A DNA stretch of 53,328 nucleotides, filler included, from Stramenopiles sp. TOSAG23-2 (GCA_900128395.1; 3 parts of 3 records of this genome joined end to end with filler, not necessarily neighbours in it); one strand, 5' to 3'. Positions 1 through 13,900 are shown, counted from the first letter of the whole stretch. A program made the numbers and translations. Notes: generated by a model from the letters alone, not told the origin.

Positions 1-105
1 TTCATTATCGGTCATTTGCTCAGATGTTTCAGTTGCTGTCGTTGTTCTTCTTCTTGTTGTTGTTGTTGTTGTATTATTATTATCATTAGTAAGTAACGAT
101 GCCAT
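1..105 (-). CDS. 5' fragment of an unknown protein running off the contig end (MASLLTNDNNNTTTTTTRRRTTTATETSEQMTDNE...)
   Basis: ATG at 105 on the minus strand, open to position 1. Poly-Asn/Thr N-terminus resembles other genes here. Confidence 0.5.
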   Translation of the reverse strand, partial: MASLLTNDNNNTTTTTTRRRTTTATETSEQMTDNE

Positions 106-410
106 TATTTCACTGTTGTTTGATTAAATAAATATAAATATATATATAAGTGATATATTGTATTGAGTATATAAAACCTTTTTTTAGTTTTGTGTATGTA
201 CTATTTCTCCTCTTTTTTTTTGTATCTAGACGAACTATCTGTCTATCTCTTCTTTCTATCCTCTCTTGTATAATATATCTTACTGTATCACTGTCGTCTA
301 GTATCACTGTCTAATGAATATAATATAAATAAAATGAAAATATATTATTATTCTTCTAGAATTATTACACGTGAATTGCAACTCAAATACACACATACAC
401 ACATGCCTTA

Positions 411-789
411 GGGCATGCCCAGCATGCACACTAACACATCATCATTTATTCAACAATTATTTTCAATTTTCCAAACAATGTCAGAGAGAATTCTCTCTGT
501 CTACCAGTAAAATAGTCCTTAAAAACAAGGAGTCACTATCTGGCTAGACTACGACGATCCAGGCCTGGGCAGGCTATCAATACTATCAAATCAGCACAAT
601 ATCGCAATATCAAATATCAGTAACTATGGAATTTCGGATTTTCACTATCAAATGAGAATAATTTATACTTGCACAATATGCCATCCTCCTTCACACGTAG
701 TTCCAGCTACCTTATTAATCAACATCATATTTTCCTATAGGAAAAGGAAAATTCAATGCACCACAAAGCCCGCATAGCTGGGCAAGCAC
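411..789. mobile_element. Candidate non-autonomous PIF/Harbinger (Tourist-like) MITE, 379 bp
   Basis: Left end GGGCATGCCCAGC (411-423) and reverse complement of right end GTGCTTGCCCAGC (777-789) match 11/13. TTA flanks both sides (408-410, 790-792). No ORF. Internal perfect palindromes at 482-499 and 730-745. Confidence 0.5.
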
Positions 790-973
790 TTAAATATATA
801 AATTAGTTGCATTCATACTATCAAAAACAAAAAGAAAAAGTACATATCTGTAGAGTTAAAAAGTAAATCAATATATACTAAATAAATAAATATCTGTATG
901 GTAGATAATTACTGGATTACTAAAAAGATATAGATAAAGATAAAATATCACAAAAGAAAACTTTTATTCAAAC

Positions 974-1975
974 ATGATGATACGATTACGACGAGTACAA
1001 CGAAGGCATGCAACAATTATATTGAAACAACATTGTCGAAATTATTTTTATGGATGTAAAGATACATCCATTCAAAATAAATATCATGAAGATCAAACAT
1101 ATATTAAAGATATTGAACATATACGAATGGTAATAAAAGATATAACTGAAAAATTAAAACAACAACATGACCATAATAATAATGATAATAAAAGTAATAA
1201 TAAGCTTCCACTCGATTGGGAATCATATTTCAATGAAAAATTGAAACTACGTGATGGATTAATGGAATTAAATATTAATACAGCAACATTTCGTCACTTA
1301 ACACATTTATTTACCTATCCATTAACATTAACATGGATTATACAATATTTAGATTCAACTGGTTATCTTAAACATAAAAACAAAGACGATGATACATTAA
1401 AGATTGCATGCGTTGGCTCAAGGGCAGAAGGTCAAATACCCTATTTATTATGGGAAGAATGTGTAAATATGATTGAATATAAAAAATTGCATATACATTT
1501 CGTCGGTCCAATGCAACTATCACATCAACATCAAGAAATTCAATATAAAGATACATTAAAATTAACTTATGAAACTGGAGTATATTCCCCACCGCCACTT
1601 CAAAAAAAAAAAGAAGACGAAGAATCAGGAGATCATCAAAGCATGATGCCTGATGTATTTCTTGCATACAATAGTGGGAATTCTGATACAAAATGGCAAC
1701 ATGTCTGGCGACCAACATTAATCAAAGCTAGTGAATTGAATATTCCTTTAATTTTTACTTCATATGATGGAATTGATTTAGCATCAGATTTTGGTCATAC
1801 AATGAATTTTTGGGGGGAGAACAATAATAATAATAATATGAAGGAAACCCTTGAGACAATAATACATCCTACAGCTAATCCATTTTTAAATATGATGCCA
1901 GGCATTTATGATGAGCTTCCAAATCGTGTAATACATAGCAATCAATTTATTTACGGTGTACGCCGTATTAAATAA
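974..1975 (+). CDS. MSS51 C-terminal-like domain protein (ZMYND15/MSS51 family, no MYND finger), probable mitochondrial presequence
   Basis: LFTYPLTL, IACVGSRAE, LHIHFVGP, PDVFLAYNSG, W.PTL, PLIFTSY, NPF and C-terminal N.F motifs. Arg-rich, acid-free N-terminus. Confidence 0.65.
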   Translation: MMIRLRRVQRRHATIILKQHCRNYFYGCKDTSIQNKYHEDQTYIKDIEHIRMVIKDITEKLKQQHDHNNNDNKSNNKLPLDWESYFNEKLKLRDGLMELNINTATFRHLTHLFTYPLTLTWIIQYLDSTGYLKHKNKDDDTLKIACVGSRAEGQIPYLLWEECVNMIEYKKLHIHFVGPMQLSHQHQEIQYKDTLKLTYETGVYSPPPLQKKKEDEESGDHQSMMPDVFLAYNSGNSDTKWQHVWRPTLIKASELNIPLIFTSYDGIDLASDFGHTMNFWGENNNNNNMKETLETIIHPTANPFLNMMPGIYDELPNRVIHSNQFIYGVRRIK

Positions 1976-2125
1976 AGATGATTGGGGGGTGTATGTTTAT
2001 ATATTACCGAGTATGATATAATAATTTATTAATATTATATTTTTAAACAAAAATTATACATGTTCTGGACATGTTTTTACCAATTCTCATCTTGATTTTT
2101 AAAACTTCATTAGCATCCAACTTTA

Positions 2126-4210
2126 TTATCTATCTGTCGTCTTCTTTTTTTTATCTTCTTGCAAAACTTTCTTTGAAGCTGTTGAATTCAAGTTTGCACG
2201 CGATGTTAAGCTCGTAACAGTATTTAATTTAGTCAATGCTCTTGGAAAGCTTTTCAAAGCAGCAACGTGTCTTTTTTGTTTTGCAGCTTCTTGCCTAAAT
2301 GCTGCCAATAGTGGATCAACCGTTTCCTCTTCTGCCTCTTTTTTAATTGCTTCAAAAGCCCCCTCAATAATGGCAAGGAAAAGACTCAGTACAACAAAGC
2401 TGACGAAAAACATATATGTTATCAACAAAGCTGGGCCTAAATAACGACTATGTATAAATATTTCTTCAATCAAATCAATTTCAACAAATAATGAAGCTAA
2501 ACATGTTATAAAACTTGTACGAAAGTTTCTAAATTGTTTCATCGAACTACCTAACTCAATATAAAAAGCAAGTGCATAGCTGATAACGACTAAAATAACT
2601 GTAAATAATGTAAACCAAGATTCCTCAAATGCACGTTCAATCGTTAATACGATAAGTGATAATCTTTTGCTAAGTTTTAAATTTTGAAGTACACGAACCA
2701 CGGTCATTAAGACTGCAATTGAAAGTGCCCCAGTCATGAAACTTTCATAAAATGCTATATCCATGATGTTCATATTTCTTTCAATCGTATTTTCGCGTGT
2801 AATTATTTGTTGTCGAAGTCCTATTAGATAATGCTCAAATGCAAATACAAATAAATACATGATGATGCATAATGCATTATAAATAAAATTGAAATCGCAA
2901 AAAAAGTCTTTTGGCGAATGTCTTCCGACACCATAACTATTCATTAAAAGCGCAAGTATTTGAATAGAAACAGCTATTTCAACAAAAATTAAAATACCAA
3001 ATGAACTTGTTGTACCACTTTTTGTTAAACCAGAAACAGAAAATACATCAATCTTATATGTTGGGTAGATATCACCACTTGGAATAAATTCGAAAATTAA
3101 TTGAACATGCGCAATAGCTTGTAAATCCATGGAATATACGGTAAAGTCTACAAACACAATCGTGGTTCCCCTATCAATATATTCATATTGTTCCAATGAT
3201 TTTAAGCCCTGTTTTAAAGATTCGCCTAAAAAATCAAAAGTACAAATACGATAACCTTTACTTCCATAATCTAAATGAAACCATGTATTATACCTAGTAT
3301 TAACTACTGGTGCAGTATCCATAGTGAAAACTGATTGCCTTCGCACTTTCGACTTAGCTTGACCATCATGACCAAACTCGTATAGCAAGAAACAACTTTC
3401 AATATTTTCTGGGACTATCGTTTTATTAGCCCACAAATTCAGATCAGGTTTAGTTTGTATAAAATCTAAGTAACATGAATTAATTTCCTTATCTAATCGT
3501 TTATTCAAAATTGGAGGAACGTAACAATTACTTTTGCCAGTTGCATCTGTATAAAATTTTCGCAGAGTGGGTTGACGTCGCAATTGCATAAATACAAAAT
3601 CATCAGTTAAAATGACACTATCAGAAATACTAGCATAACATTCTGGATTTGTAGTATTAGAGCACTTTTTTGTAATGCTGGCTAATGGGCCATGAAGGTA
3701 ACTCCAAAAAGTATCCACATTATGAACATCTAAAAACGGGTTATTCTCATCAGAAAGTATTCGTTCGCTAATTGCATTTGACAAATAATATTTGTAGCTT
3801 GCCTCTTCCACTCGTGCTAATCCATAAAATAAAACTAGGCCTGTAAACAACATATAATAGAATGCCTTTACAGCTGGATTCCCTTCACCTTTAAAACACC
3901 ATTTATTCACTTTCTTTTTAAACTGTCTCTTGAAGTTTTTCCCAATTCCATCTGGTGGCGTTTGAAGATTACCAGTACCTGGATCTATTGCTCCACCAAT
4001 TGCAAGCCATGAATTTCTTTTAAATCTTGTCGATAACTTACGAATAATATTTTGGGTTTGTTCTGTATCTTTTTGTTTTAATTCAACGAGTTTTTTTTTC
4101 TGCTCTTGCTCTCGGTACAAAAATGAATTAGTAGGCAATTCTGTCACTTTATCGTTCCCATCCTCAACCCCTTCATGCATCTCTGTAATTTCCAATGTTT
4201 TCTTCATCAT
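2126..4210 (-). CDS. PKD2: Polycystin-2 (PKD2/TRPP)-like cation channel
   Basis: S1, then a large TOP domain (FWSYLHGPL, MQLR, L...EYIDRGTTIVFVDFTVY, LIFEFIPSGDIYP), five more TM helices, pore region FRNFRTSFITCL and S6 FFVSFVVLSLFLAIIEGAF. Confidence 0.85.
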   Translation of the reverse strand: MMKKTLEITEMHEGVEDGNDKVTELPTNSFLYREQEQKKKLVELKQKDTEQTQNIIRKLSTRFKRNSWLAIGGAIDPGTGNLQTPPDGIGKNFKRQFKKKVNKWCFKGEGNPAVKAFYYMLFTGLVLFYGLARVEEASYKYYLSNAISERILSDENNPFLDVHNVDTFWSYLHGPLASITKKCSNTTNPECYASISDSVILTDDFVFMQLRRQPTLRKFYTDATGKSNCYVPPILNKRLDKEINSCYLDFIQTKPDLNLWANKTIVPENIESCFLLYEFGHDGQAKSKVRRQSVFTMDTAPVVNTRYNTWFHLDYGSKGYRICTFDFLGESLKQGLKSLEQYEYIDRGTTIVFVDFTVYSMDLQAIAHVQLIFEFIPSGDIYPTYKIDVFSVSGLTKSGTTSSFGILIFVEIAVSIQILALLMNSYGVGRHSPKDFFCDFNFIYNALCIIMYLFVFAFEHYLIGLRQQIITRENTIERNMNIMDIAFYESFMTGALSIAVLMTVVRVLQNLKLSKRLSLIVLTIERAFEESWFTLFTVILVVISYALAFYIELGSSMKQFRNFRTSFITCLASLFVEIDLIEEIFIHSRYLGPALLITYMFFVSFVVLSLFLAIIEGAFEAIKKEAEEETVDPLLAAFRQEAAKQKRHVAALKSFPRALTKLNTVTSLTSRANLNSTASKKVLQEDKKKKTTDR

Positions 4211-4887
4211 AATTTTAATTACTACTTTTGCTTTGTTGGTGGTTTTGTGTCTTCATAACAATACAGTACGTGTAGTCGTCTATTACTAATTGCAATGCAA
4301 CTTTATTTGACTCTTTCTTTCGAAAAAGAGTCTGACGACGCAGACTAATGCAACTTGCCAATAATAAAATAAATTTAGAATCTATTATTATTTTTATTAG
4401 CCTTTTTTCTTCTTTTTTTATTATTATTTTATCATCATCGCACCATCATTGAAATCATCATGATCACATCCTTCCTCTTGATCTCTTGATGTCCCCTTGG
4501 CATCATTTGCGCTATACCTGGTACTATTCTACCTGGTAGACGGTATTGTATTAACCTCGCGAAGTACCATTGGTGGTAGTAGTAGTATTACTTTTTTGGA
4601 AATACCATCAGGTGCTATTTTTACGCTATTGAAATAGATCAAAATGCGGCAGTTATTTTCATCAAAAAAAAACAGCTGGCCAGCGAGAGCAGCCTTTTTT
4701 TATTACTATTATTATTACTATTATTATTACTGACGACGACTGGATTACTACATTTATTATTATTAGTCTATTAGAATAATCAGATATATATAGAGAGAGA
4801 AAGATAGCCAAGCAGCCAAACAATTCTACGATCCAAACATTAATAACAATTAATAAATGCAGAATAAGTATCCATTGGATCGAATAC

Positions 4888-4926
4888 AGATAGATAGATA
4901 GATAGATAGACCGATAGATAGATAGA
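4888..4926. repeat. (AGAT)n microsatellite just upstream of the dynein start
   Basis: Directly visible tetranucleotide run with one interruption. Confidence 0.85.
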
Positions 4927-4964
4927 CATATACGCATTAAAAAGTTACATTTGATAGTAGTGCT

Positions 4965-7900
4965 ATGGATGGTTCCAAAAATATAGAAGCATTTTTAAGA
5001 TATGCTTCGAAATCATTAAAACGTCCAACAGAACCATCAAGAAAGAAAAGCAAAGACAATCATAATAATACGGATTCGAATGGTAGCATCATCAATCAAC
5101 GCCCACCCCGTAAATCTGCTAACATAACAGCATCGTATCAAACTTACAAAAGCAAGAGTTCCGCAATAAGACCACCATCAAGAATAACAAAGCAATGGAA
5201 TGCACCTGTTACTTTACGCATTCCAACAAATAGCAAAGGTATACAATCTCTCGAAAAGCTTTCTTCTAATCAAAAAAAACAATACAAATTTAAGAAACCA
5301 CATCCACCTAATTCAAGAAAAGTGAAGGGGAAAAAATATATGAAACATCGTGGTAAAGCTGATAGTGATATCAAAGGTGTAGCTTCAAGAGGTAATAAAT
5401 TCGCTGCTAATACTGAAGTAGCCAGCCAACAGTTAAAATCACTCAGCCCTAGTGAACGCATTGGTACAAACTATTCCATCTCGACTCTTTGTTTGACTTT
5501 GAAATTGATAGGAGACTTAAAAGTAGTTCAGGAAAATAAAGATGATTATACACAACAGATAGAAAAGCGATGGAAAGCATTGAAAGAATCGTATATAAAA
5601 GAAAATAAAATGTTTCTAAAAATAGACACATCAAAATTACCACTATGGACATTTGATACTACGCCACAAACATTAAATGATGATAATGATAATAATAATG
5701 ATAATAATAATAATAAGAGTAACTCAAGCAACAATAGTGATAATACAATAAAGTATGCATACGCAAAATATTACAATGGTCAAGCTTTTCATTGGGAAAA
5801 ATGTAAAATACTTAGCTATGATCCAGTAACAAATATGTACACTATTGAATTTATTGAGTCTAGAAAAACTAAAAAATTACGTAGCATGTTCATATCGTTT
5901 GCCGATTATGAGAGCATTTCTGAAACTGAAAAAAGAATTTTAACCGCTAAAGAAGAGAGAGAACATACAAAAATAGTCTTAAGATTTTTACATTTTGTTG
6001 AGATGCAGAAAGATTCAATCAACATGGAACCACCTCCAAATTTGGAGGTAGAGATATTATCAAAATTGGCATTGATGCCTATGGAAGACTCTCAAGAGAT
6101 TGCAAAATTGATTCTTGAATTTCGTGAAAATTATTATAACAGTCAAAAAAAAGCAGCTGCAATATATCATTTAATGAGTCCATTAAATGATCCTTTGCGT
6201 CACTATTTAAAGCTACCTGGTCCAGCAGAATTACGTGCTGATAATGTATTCGGTTGTGATGCAAAAAGTTTTATAAGACCTAGCTATATTCGTGGCCAAG
6301 GTTGTGTAAGTAAACAAAATATAAATAATTTACAATCTGCTGCAATTTTTATGAGAAAAGGTACTGTCAATGCTGTTATGAAAACGTCGTACACATGGTA
6401 TCCACATTTCGAATCTGTATGTTTATTTGAGACAGAAGCATTTGCTAAAAAATTAGAAATAGAAGAGCCGCAGACAAAATCTTCAAAAACTTCATCTACA
6501 GCTTTCATTACTCCGCCACCAAAAAAGAAGAAAAACAGGCGCCTTCGAACAGCCACTATAGCAGCTATTGCAGCTATACATCTAGCTGAGCAACCTGAAG
6601 GTGGTGATGAAGTTACAAAAAAACAACATAAAAGTAGTCTAAATCACATCTTTCGTAGAAAACCACTGTTTATATTGAGAAATAAGATACAAAATTCAAG
6701 AATTAGCTTAGAAGATTTTCACCAGCTACAAACATATCATATTGAAGCTGTAATGAAGCAAATGCATAAAGTGTGGAGAAATGAAATTATTGATTCACTT
6801 CAAAAATTACATAGTTCGAAATTCAAATTTGATGTATATACGACAAAGTTAGAATTATTGGATCCGCGATTTATACAATTAATGAAGCGAATAGATTTAC
6901 AAATGAGCTATCAATTATGTAAGCTTATCATCCGTTCATTTGATGAATTTATAACTTTCGTGAAAGATAGATCATTAACGAAGGAAGAAGAGAGTCGGTT
7001 GATGAACGATTATGAAAGAAAATCAATTGAGAATATCATCGATGTAACAGCAAGCGATGATGGCAACGAAAATGATAGTGATAACATTATATATTTTCCA
7101 CTGCTTCTGAATGTACTAGAAAAAGAAAAGAAACGATCGTACTCTATCTATTCAAACGCATCAAACTCAGAAAGTGATGATGAGCAAATTACAGCTAGCA
7201 ATGGCATTGGGAGAAGCCTAAATAGGATCGTTACCAATTCAAAGTGTTTATATGGTCCAGCTGTCCGTTCGTTAATTAACATTGAGATGGAAATAGATAT
7301 GAATTCTGTACAAACGAATTTCATTACTTTTTCACCAACACTTGAGGAAATAGAAAATCGTTTTATCACAACTATTGAATCTGGTTTCAATCAATGCAAT
7401 ATAATTGAAGCACCTGTGAAGTACATCCTGCAATTTATATCTTTCACTGATGACAAATCGCTGTTTGGAGAATTTGACTCTCTGTTGCATCAAAAACATG
7501 AAGAAACTAAAAGACAAATTAGTCAATTATTACGTATACAATTTGATCAAATAAGTATAATTGTTAAGCTTTATCAAGAATTTGCTTCAATATTAAACAT
7601 CGATGATGAGAAATTAATAGACTATATATTTGATGAATGCCCAGATGGTTATAAGGAGAAAAGGGTGGTTGATAGTCGAGTTAAGAAAAGTGAAGATGAA
7701 GCAGAAGATTTATTTGATGGTTATCGTGGTGAATCTGGACCAACTTCGGTTCAATCTGAAATTAGGCGATTCTCTGCGATACGAGATGAAATACTGTTAA
7801 AAAGTCATAACGAGGAATATATTGGTATATTTGCAGTAAATTTCCAAACCATAAAACAAACCATTGCGGCAAAAGCAAGTAACATTGCAAAACGCTTGAC

Positions 7901-10900
7901 TGATCAAGTTCTTGTAAATGCTCAGAAAAAGTATTTGCAACTATTGACAGAGTATAATATGATTAGTGATAAATTAAATGCACCAATAGAAAACGAAAAA
8001 GATGTTTTTGCTACGCGTACATTTCTGGCAGAGACACCAGATCTTGTGCTGGAATTGACTGAACGTCATTATAATATATCTGAAAGAATACGACTTTTAG
8101 GGGAATTTTTTGTAAATGAAAGCTATGAGTGTTTTGAGATGTCTTGGACACTTTATCAATGGCCAATGAAAATAGAAAAATTAAAGGATGAGTGTTCTTT
8201 CCGTATTATGTCCATTTCAAGGAAACTACAACAGATAATAACATCTGAAGAAAAAGCGGTGGATGAGCGAGTGCACAATATTAAAATGGAAGTAGTGAAG
8301 TTTAGAAAATTTGGAGATTATGAAAAGGTCGATTATTTCGCTGGAGAAGCAGCAGCAGTACATGGACATTTGGAGAACATTCATGACAAAGCGGTAGAGT
8401 TAAATGAACGGGAGATCAATCTAGACTCCTCGCCGACGGAATTCATGGATCTGGAAAGGATAATGAGAGACTTTTCTCCATACTTTAAACTATGGACAAC
8501 GTATTCTGATGCCATTTCAGATGTATCTAATTGGAAAACATCGTCTTTCTGGCTTTTAAAAACCAGTGAAATCTTAGAAAAAGTGGCGCTGTGGAAAGAA
8601 GATTCAAGTACCTTACTTTCGCATTTCCATAAAGAACGAATACGTGATCCTAGAAATGTAGCAGAAAAATACCAAGAACATGTATTAATTTTTTCGCAAT
8701 ATTTAGATCTGATTAAAGTATTAAAACACCATGCATTAAAAGACAGGCACTGGCTAGAGATCTCAAATATTTTAGGTTTTGAAATAAAACCAAGTACAGA
8801 AATATCATTAAATACAATAATAGAAAAAGAAAGCCATACCAAAATTGACATATTGAAAGATATCTTAGTTAAAGCGGAAAAAGAGCTAAGTTGCGAAATG
8901 CAATTCGAAAAAGTCAGTGATGATTGGCATCATTGCAACGCAAAAACTGGTTTGGTAAAATCGTTTCAACTGAATATAATTATCTCATTTGATGAAACAT
9001 TTGCTTCAACAGATGATTTAATTATTCGAGTGGAAGAGATATTAAAATCACCATTTTCTACCTCCGTTAAAGCTGACGCGGATGCATTATTAAAAGACAT
9101 GAGTATGTTACAAGCAATATTTAGAACATGTCGGTCGTTTCAAGATACAGCAATTTTACTTTGCGGGTTATTTAATCAAGAAAATATACGTAGTGTTATG
9201 GCAGCTGAAGCAAGAAAATTTACTTCTATGTTATCATCATGGAAACGAGCAGGGAACGATATAAAAAGACAACCGAGTTTAAGTACCATTTGTGAAATGC
9301 CTAATATTTATGAAAAATTCAAGAGTTGGTTAGACATTGTTAAAAATATTGATCACAAAAAAGAAGTTTATTTAAATAGTAAGAGAGCTATATGTAATAG
9401 ACTTTACTTGTTAAATGACGCAGACCTTATGGAAATGATGTCAATTGAAAACCATGTCCTCCACGTGGAAAAATTCGTTCGAAATGCATTTCCTGGTATA
9501 ATCACTTTGAACAAATCAGAAGTAGTTATCGATGTGGAAGAAGTAAATGATGAAGATGAAAAAAAAGGGGGAAACGTCGTAGAGGAGAAACGAACTCCAT
9601 CATGGCTTGTAGATGGCCTTAATGGATTCGGGGAGGACAATTTGAAGCTACAAAATGCTGTTGAAGCAAGCGTGGAGAAATTTCCTGAGTGGCTTAATGT
9701 CGTTCAGCATGAAATGCAATCTGCCATGAGAAATGAAATTTTAAATCTTGAGAGTTCCATGGAAAAAAGGATTCTTTATTCATCTCTTCAAGTTGCGTTA
9801 ATACACGATAAAATTTTGTGGAATCGTCTTGTAGAAGACAAAATTATGAATCAGAATCTTGGATCTATTTGGCAATACGTGAATGATGACATCATGTTTT
9901 TGATAGAATCATTAAAAGACAAAAATTCAGCACTGAATGCTAGGCATCGAGAGATACAATCAATATTACATTGGAAACTTACTGCAAGAGATCTTGCCTC
10001 CGAGTTAGACCGTTGTAAGGTTTCAAGTACGAAAGAATATGAGTGGTTGAAACATCCTAGATACACTACGCACAAAGAAGTTGATGCAAATAGTGGGGAA
10101 TTAGTAACTACTCTCTCCGTTCAAGTCATTGAAGGAGACATTAAGTATGGAAATGAATTTTTAAACGCAGAATCTTCTATGATGATTACGCCTTTAGGTG
10201 ATAAATACATAAGAGTAATGACGTCCTCATATATATGTTGTTATGGTAATACGCTACATGGTGATGAAGGAACCTATGAAACTTCAATATTTCATAGTGT
10301 AGCCAACTCAATCGGGTTACCTTCATTTTTGTATAAATGTCAAAAAGGTTCCAATGCGGTTTCACTTTCTAGATTTATAAGAGGTATTACATCGTCCGGT
10401 GTTTGGGGGGGATTTGTTGATTATGATAAACTCCACGTTCAATATGCTGCTAGTTTAGTTTTAGAAATGAGACAAGCAATGCAAGTCAAACGTGCAAAGA
10501 AATCTTTGTTTAAGGATTTTAAAATTGATCATGGATTTCATTTGTGCATTTTAAATAGCATCACATCCTCAATAAGCAAAAAAAAAGTCAACCGTGATTT
10601 CAGTAGTTTTCGCGCCCTACATATATCCATGCCCAATTACAACATGATGATAAAATTGTATTTGACAACTTTTGGGTTTATCCATTCAACTTTGAATGTA
10701 AACATAGAGAAATTCTTTCATTTATATTATGATAGTGCGATAATTGAGCCTTCTGTACGTTTCGAAAATTGGTTTTTATACTCTCAAATCTTTTCAGTTA
10801 TCACAATTAATTCAAAAAATGCGACTACTTGTAACATTAATAATCTCATTTCTCAAATGTTATATAACTTGATACAACGAACATGCAGTGAAAAGGATTG

Positions 10901-13900
10901 TTTGCACTTGAAAAGTATCTTAGAAGGATCATTTGCGACTGGTGATGTTTCTACTGAAATTGTAGAAATGGATCTAGAAGAAGAAGACGACAAAAGATTA
11001 GTAAATAAATGTCAAAGTCTTGGTATTACTCCGTACTCTTCGTTTATTGCATCTTTAAAAAGTTTGGAAAATTCAATAAATACTTCCAACAAACCGTCTC
11101 TTATATATGGACGGGAAGGTACGGGTAAATCAATGATACCTAAAGTCATTTATTCAGATAAAAAAGATTCTGTTTTGCACGTTTATACTTCAGCAATAAC
11201 CTTTGAAAATTTAATTGGAAGTTTCTATGGAAGTCCATGTATTTGGCATGACGGTGTAATTTCAACATATCTAAGAAATCAAAGAGTACATGATGACAGC
11301 GTGATAATATTTGATACAATATCTTCAACAGAATTTTTAGACGTTGTTTTACATAACAATAATACTCAAAATGAAGATGAGACTTATTTTCTTCTCCCCA
11401 GCGGTGAAAAATTGAATGTAGCACCTAAAATCATTATCGAAAGTACTGAAATTGCAAACTTTACTCCACGAGACTTATCAAATGTATCCCTGCTGTATTG
11501 CAGCCCAATAGATAGTTTTTGGCAAGGACTCTGTTGTTCGTGGATAGACAAACACACACAGATATATCCAAAGATAAAGGAACTGCGTGATGTTACGGTT
11601 GCATTGTTTGAATGGCTGTTGCCAGCAATGGTAGCATCGTTTTCGTCGAATGGCTTTACTAATCAAGCAGTAAATGCGACACTTCAAATATATAGTACAA
11701 TGTTACATCAATTTCATGAAGGGTCAGATTCGGAAAACGATGAACCTGACAAAGCTAAAGAAAATAAGAAAAAATCGAGGAATCATGGGAAAAAGAAAAT
11801 GTCAAATAAAAATGAAGATGCATTAGAAGCATTGTTCGTATATTCTGTTATATGGGGTTTTGGTGGAAAGTTCCAAGACGTAAATGAACGATCCTTGTTT
11901 GAGGGAAATTTACGTGGTTTATTGAATGGATCAACCACCGGTGGCTATAGCGAGGCACAAAATTCGAAAAATAAGGCTGAACATTACTTCAATAAGAACT
12001 GTCTAGGAGTTGGAGGGCCTATTGAACGGAAATCTAAGTTGCCACTTCCACCACAGCAATCAATATTTGAGCTAATATATTCATTGGAAAAAAATAAATG
12101 GGTTAAAGCTTTCATTGAGCCAGCGGCTGAAACTGTTTCTAATGTTAGCCCATTCTTTTCAAATATTTACTCTCAACCATCATTACCTTTATTGCAGACA
12201 TTGATGTCTAGCAATAAAAACTTTTATATCTGCGGAAACGATAGAGATGATCGAATTGCCACGTTGCGTAATAGCATAACCAACAATAACAGTGACCAGA
12301 ATTTATTTATTTCTCCAACTCACGTAAGAAATGACCTGGTGTATTTCCGTACGTTTGTTGAGAAGCATATTAATCCATACGGAAATAAATTATGCAAACC
12401 AAAAGATGGAAAAATTTTGAAAATTGTTGTAGAGGATCTAAGTATGCATGATAATGCTGATGGTAAAAATGCCATTTTGGAAACAATGCGACAAATACAG
12501 GATGTACACCAGTGGTACAACCATGAACGTCAATCATTCATGGATATAGAATCTGTGTCTTTTGCTGGGACGTTTGCAACGCAAACTGCTCAATCTCAAT
12601 CGTTAGCACGTGTGTTGAATCGATCAATTATCATAAATGTAGCAGATTTGAGTCAGGGTATTCTTCAGAGCGTTTTATCCCAACATCTGATTGGAAGTTT
12701 AGACAAACGAATTGCTGGTTCCTTGTGCGAAGCTACCGTAGATTTGTATCAAAGTATTCGAGCCGCTACAATGCAAGATACAGTTGCATATCCTACTGTT
12801 TTTTCATTTAAAAATATAGTTTCAACGCTATTAAGTATATTTAATCATGTAGACACAAGTGTCTCTAGTATTATTTGGAATGGGTGGTCACATGCTTGTG
12901 CTCGAGTTTTTCGGGATTCTATATATGATGCAAACATGTATGATAGTTGTATGGCAAATATGGTTCAAAAATACAGTCTTCCATTGACTAAAAATCGTTT
13001 CTTCATCGACCGTTACAATTTCTTTACATCTTTAGGTAATGATGAAGGTATGATTAATGCTGTAGATGAAAATGAATTTTTGAGATTGATAGAGACGATT
13101 GAAATTAAACAGGAAGAGGATGGGGTAGTCCATTTTCCTATATTAAGTAAAAAGAAATCATGTCTAACAGATGCCGCGCATTTATTGCATGTAGTCTATG
13201 ATTCCAATGAAGATGTTGTATTTGCAGGAGAAGCATCATTGGAAAAAGAATACACTATATCATTGCTTGCAAATATTACTGCCAGGACACATGTCAAAGT
13301 TTCCACCGTAGATGAAATAATGCAAGTATTGCAACGTAATACTACAACAAAAGAAAAATTAATTATAGCTGTAAGCAATGCAAATGTTGGAAAAATGGAA
13401 AAGTCAATTATAAAATTCAATGATCCTACATGGTTTTTAAACGTTGCGCTCGAAATGTATGCTAACAATATTACTTTAGTCAAGGAAATCTTCAATAGCT
13501 GGAAAAGCCGTTGTCGGATTGTTTATTTAGTGGAACATGTTGCTTTTAAAAACCCTGCAATTCGAAGAAATACAAGAATTGTTTTCTCTACCAATTCTCA
13601 ACAAAATGATATTATAGATGTTTTTCCAAATACATATCATAGTCAAACTTTTGTTACTCATAGTCGTGCAAAATTTGATAATATTTTCTCATCTATTATG
13701 AAAAAAGTAAATGAAATTTCACCATACAATGCAGGTCCTCTACATTATTATGACTTTGTTCGAGAATATGAACGTATAATAAAATTTTATGAGATATATA
13801 CTGACATGAAATCAAACGAACTTACAATAATTTTAGAAAATATTCAATCTTTGAAAAATGAATCTAATGATATACAAGCTAAAAACGATAATTTGGAAAA

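Noticed and set aside
4662-4937. 91-aa hydrophobic ORF and similar Ile/Tyr-rich short intergenic ORFs
   Set aside because: Translations of (AGAT)n, (TA)n and (ATT)n low-complexity DNA.
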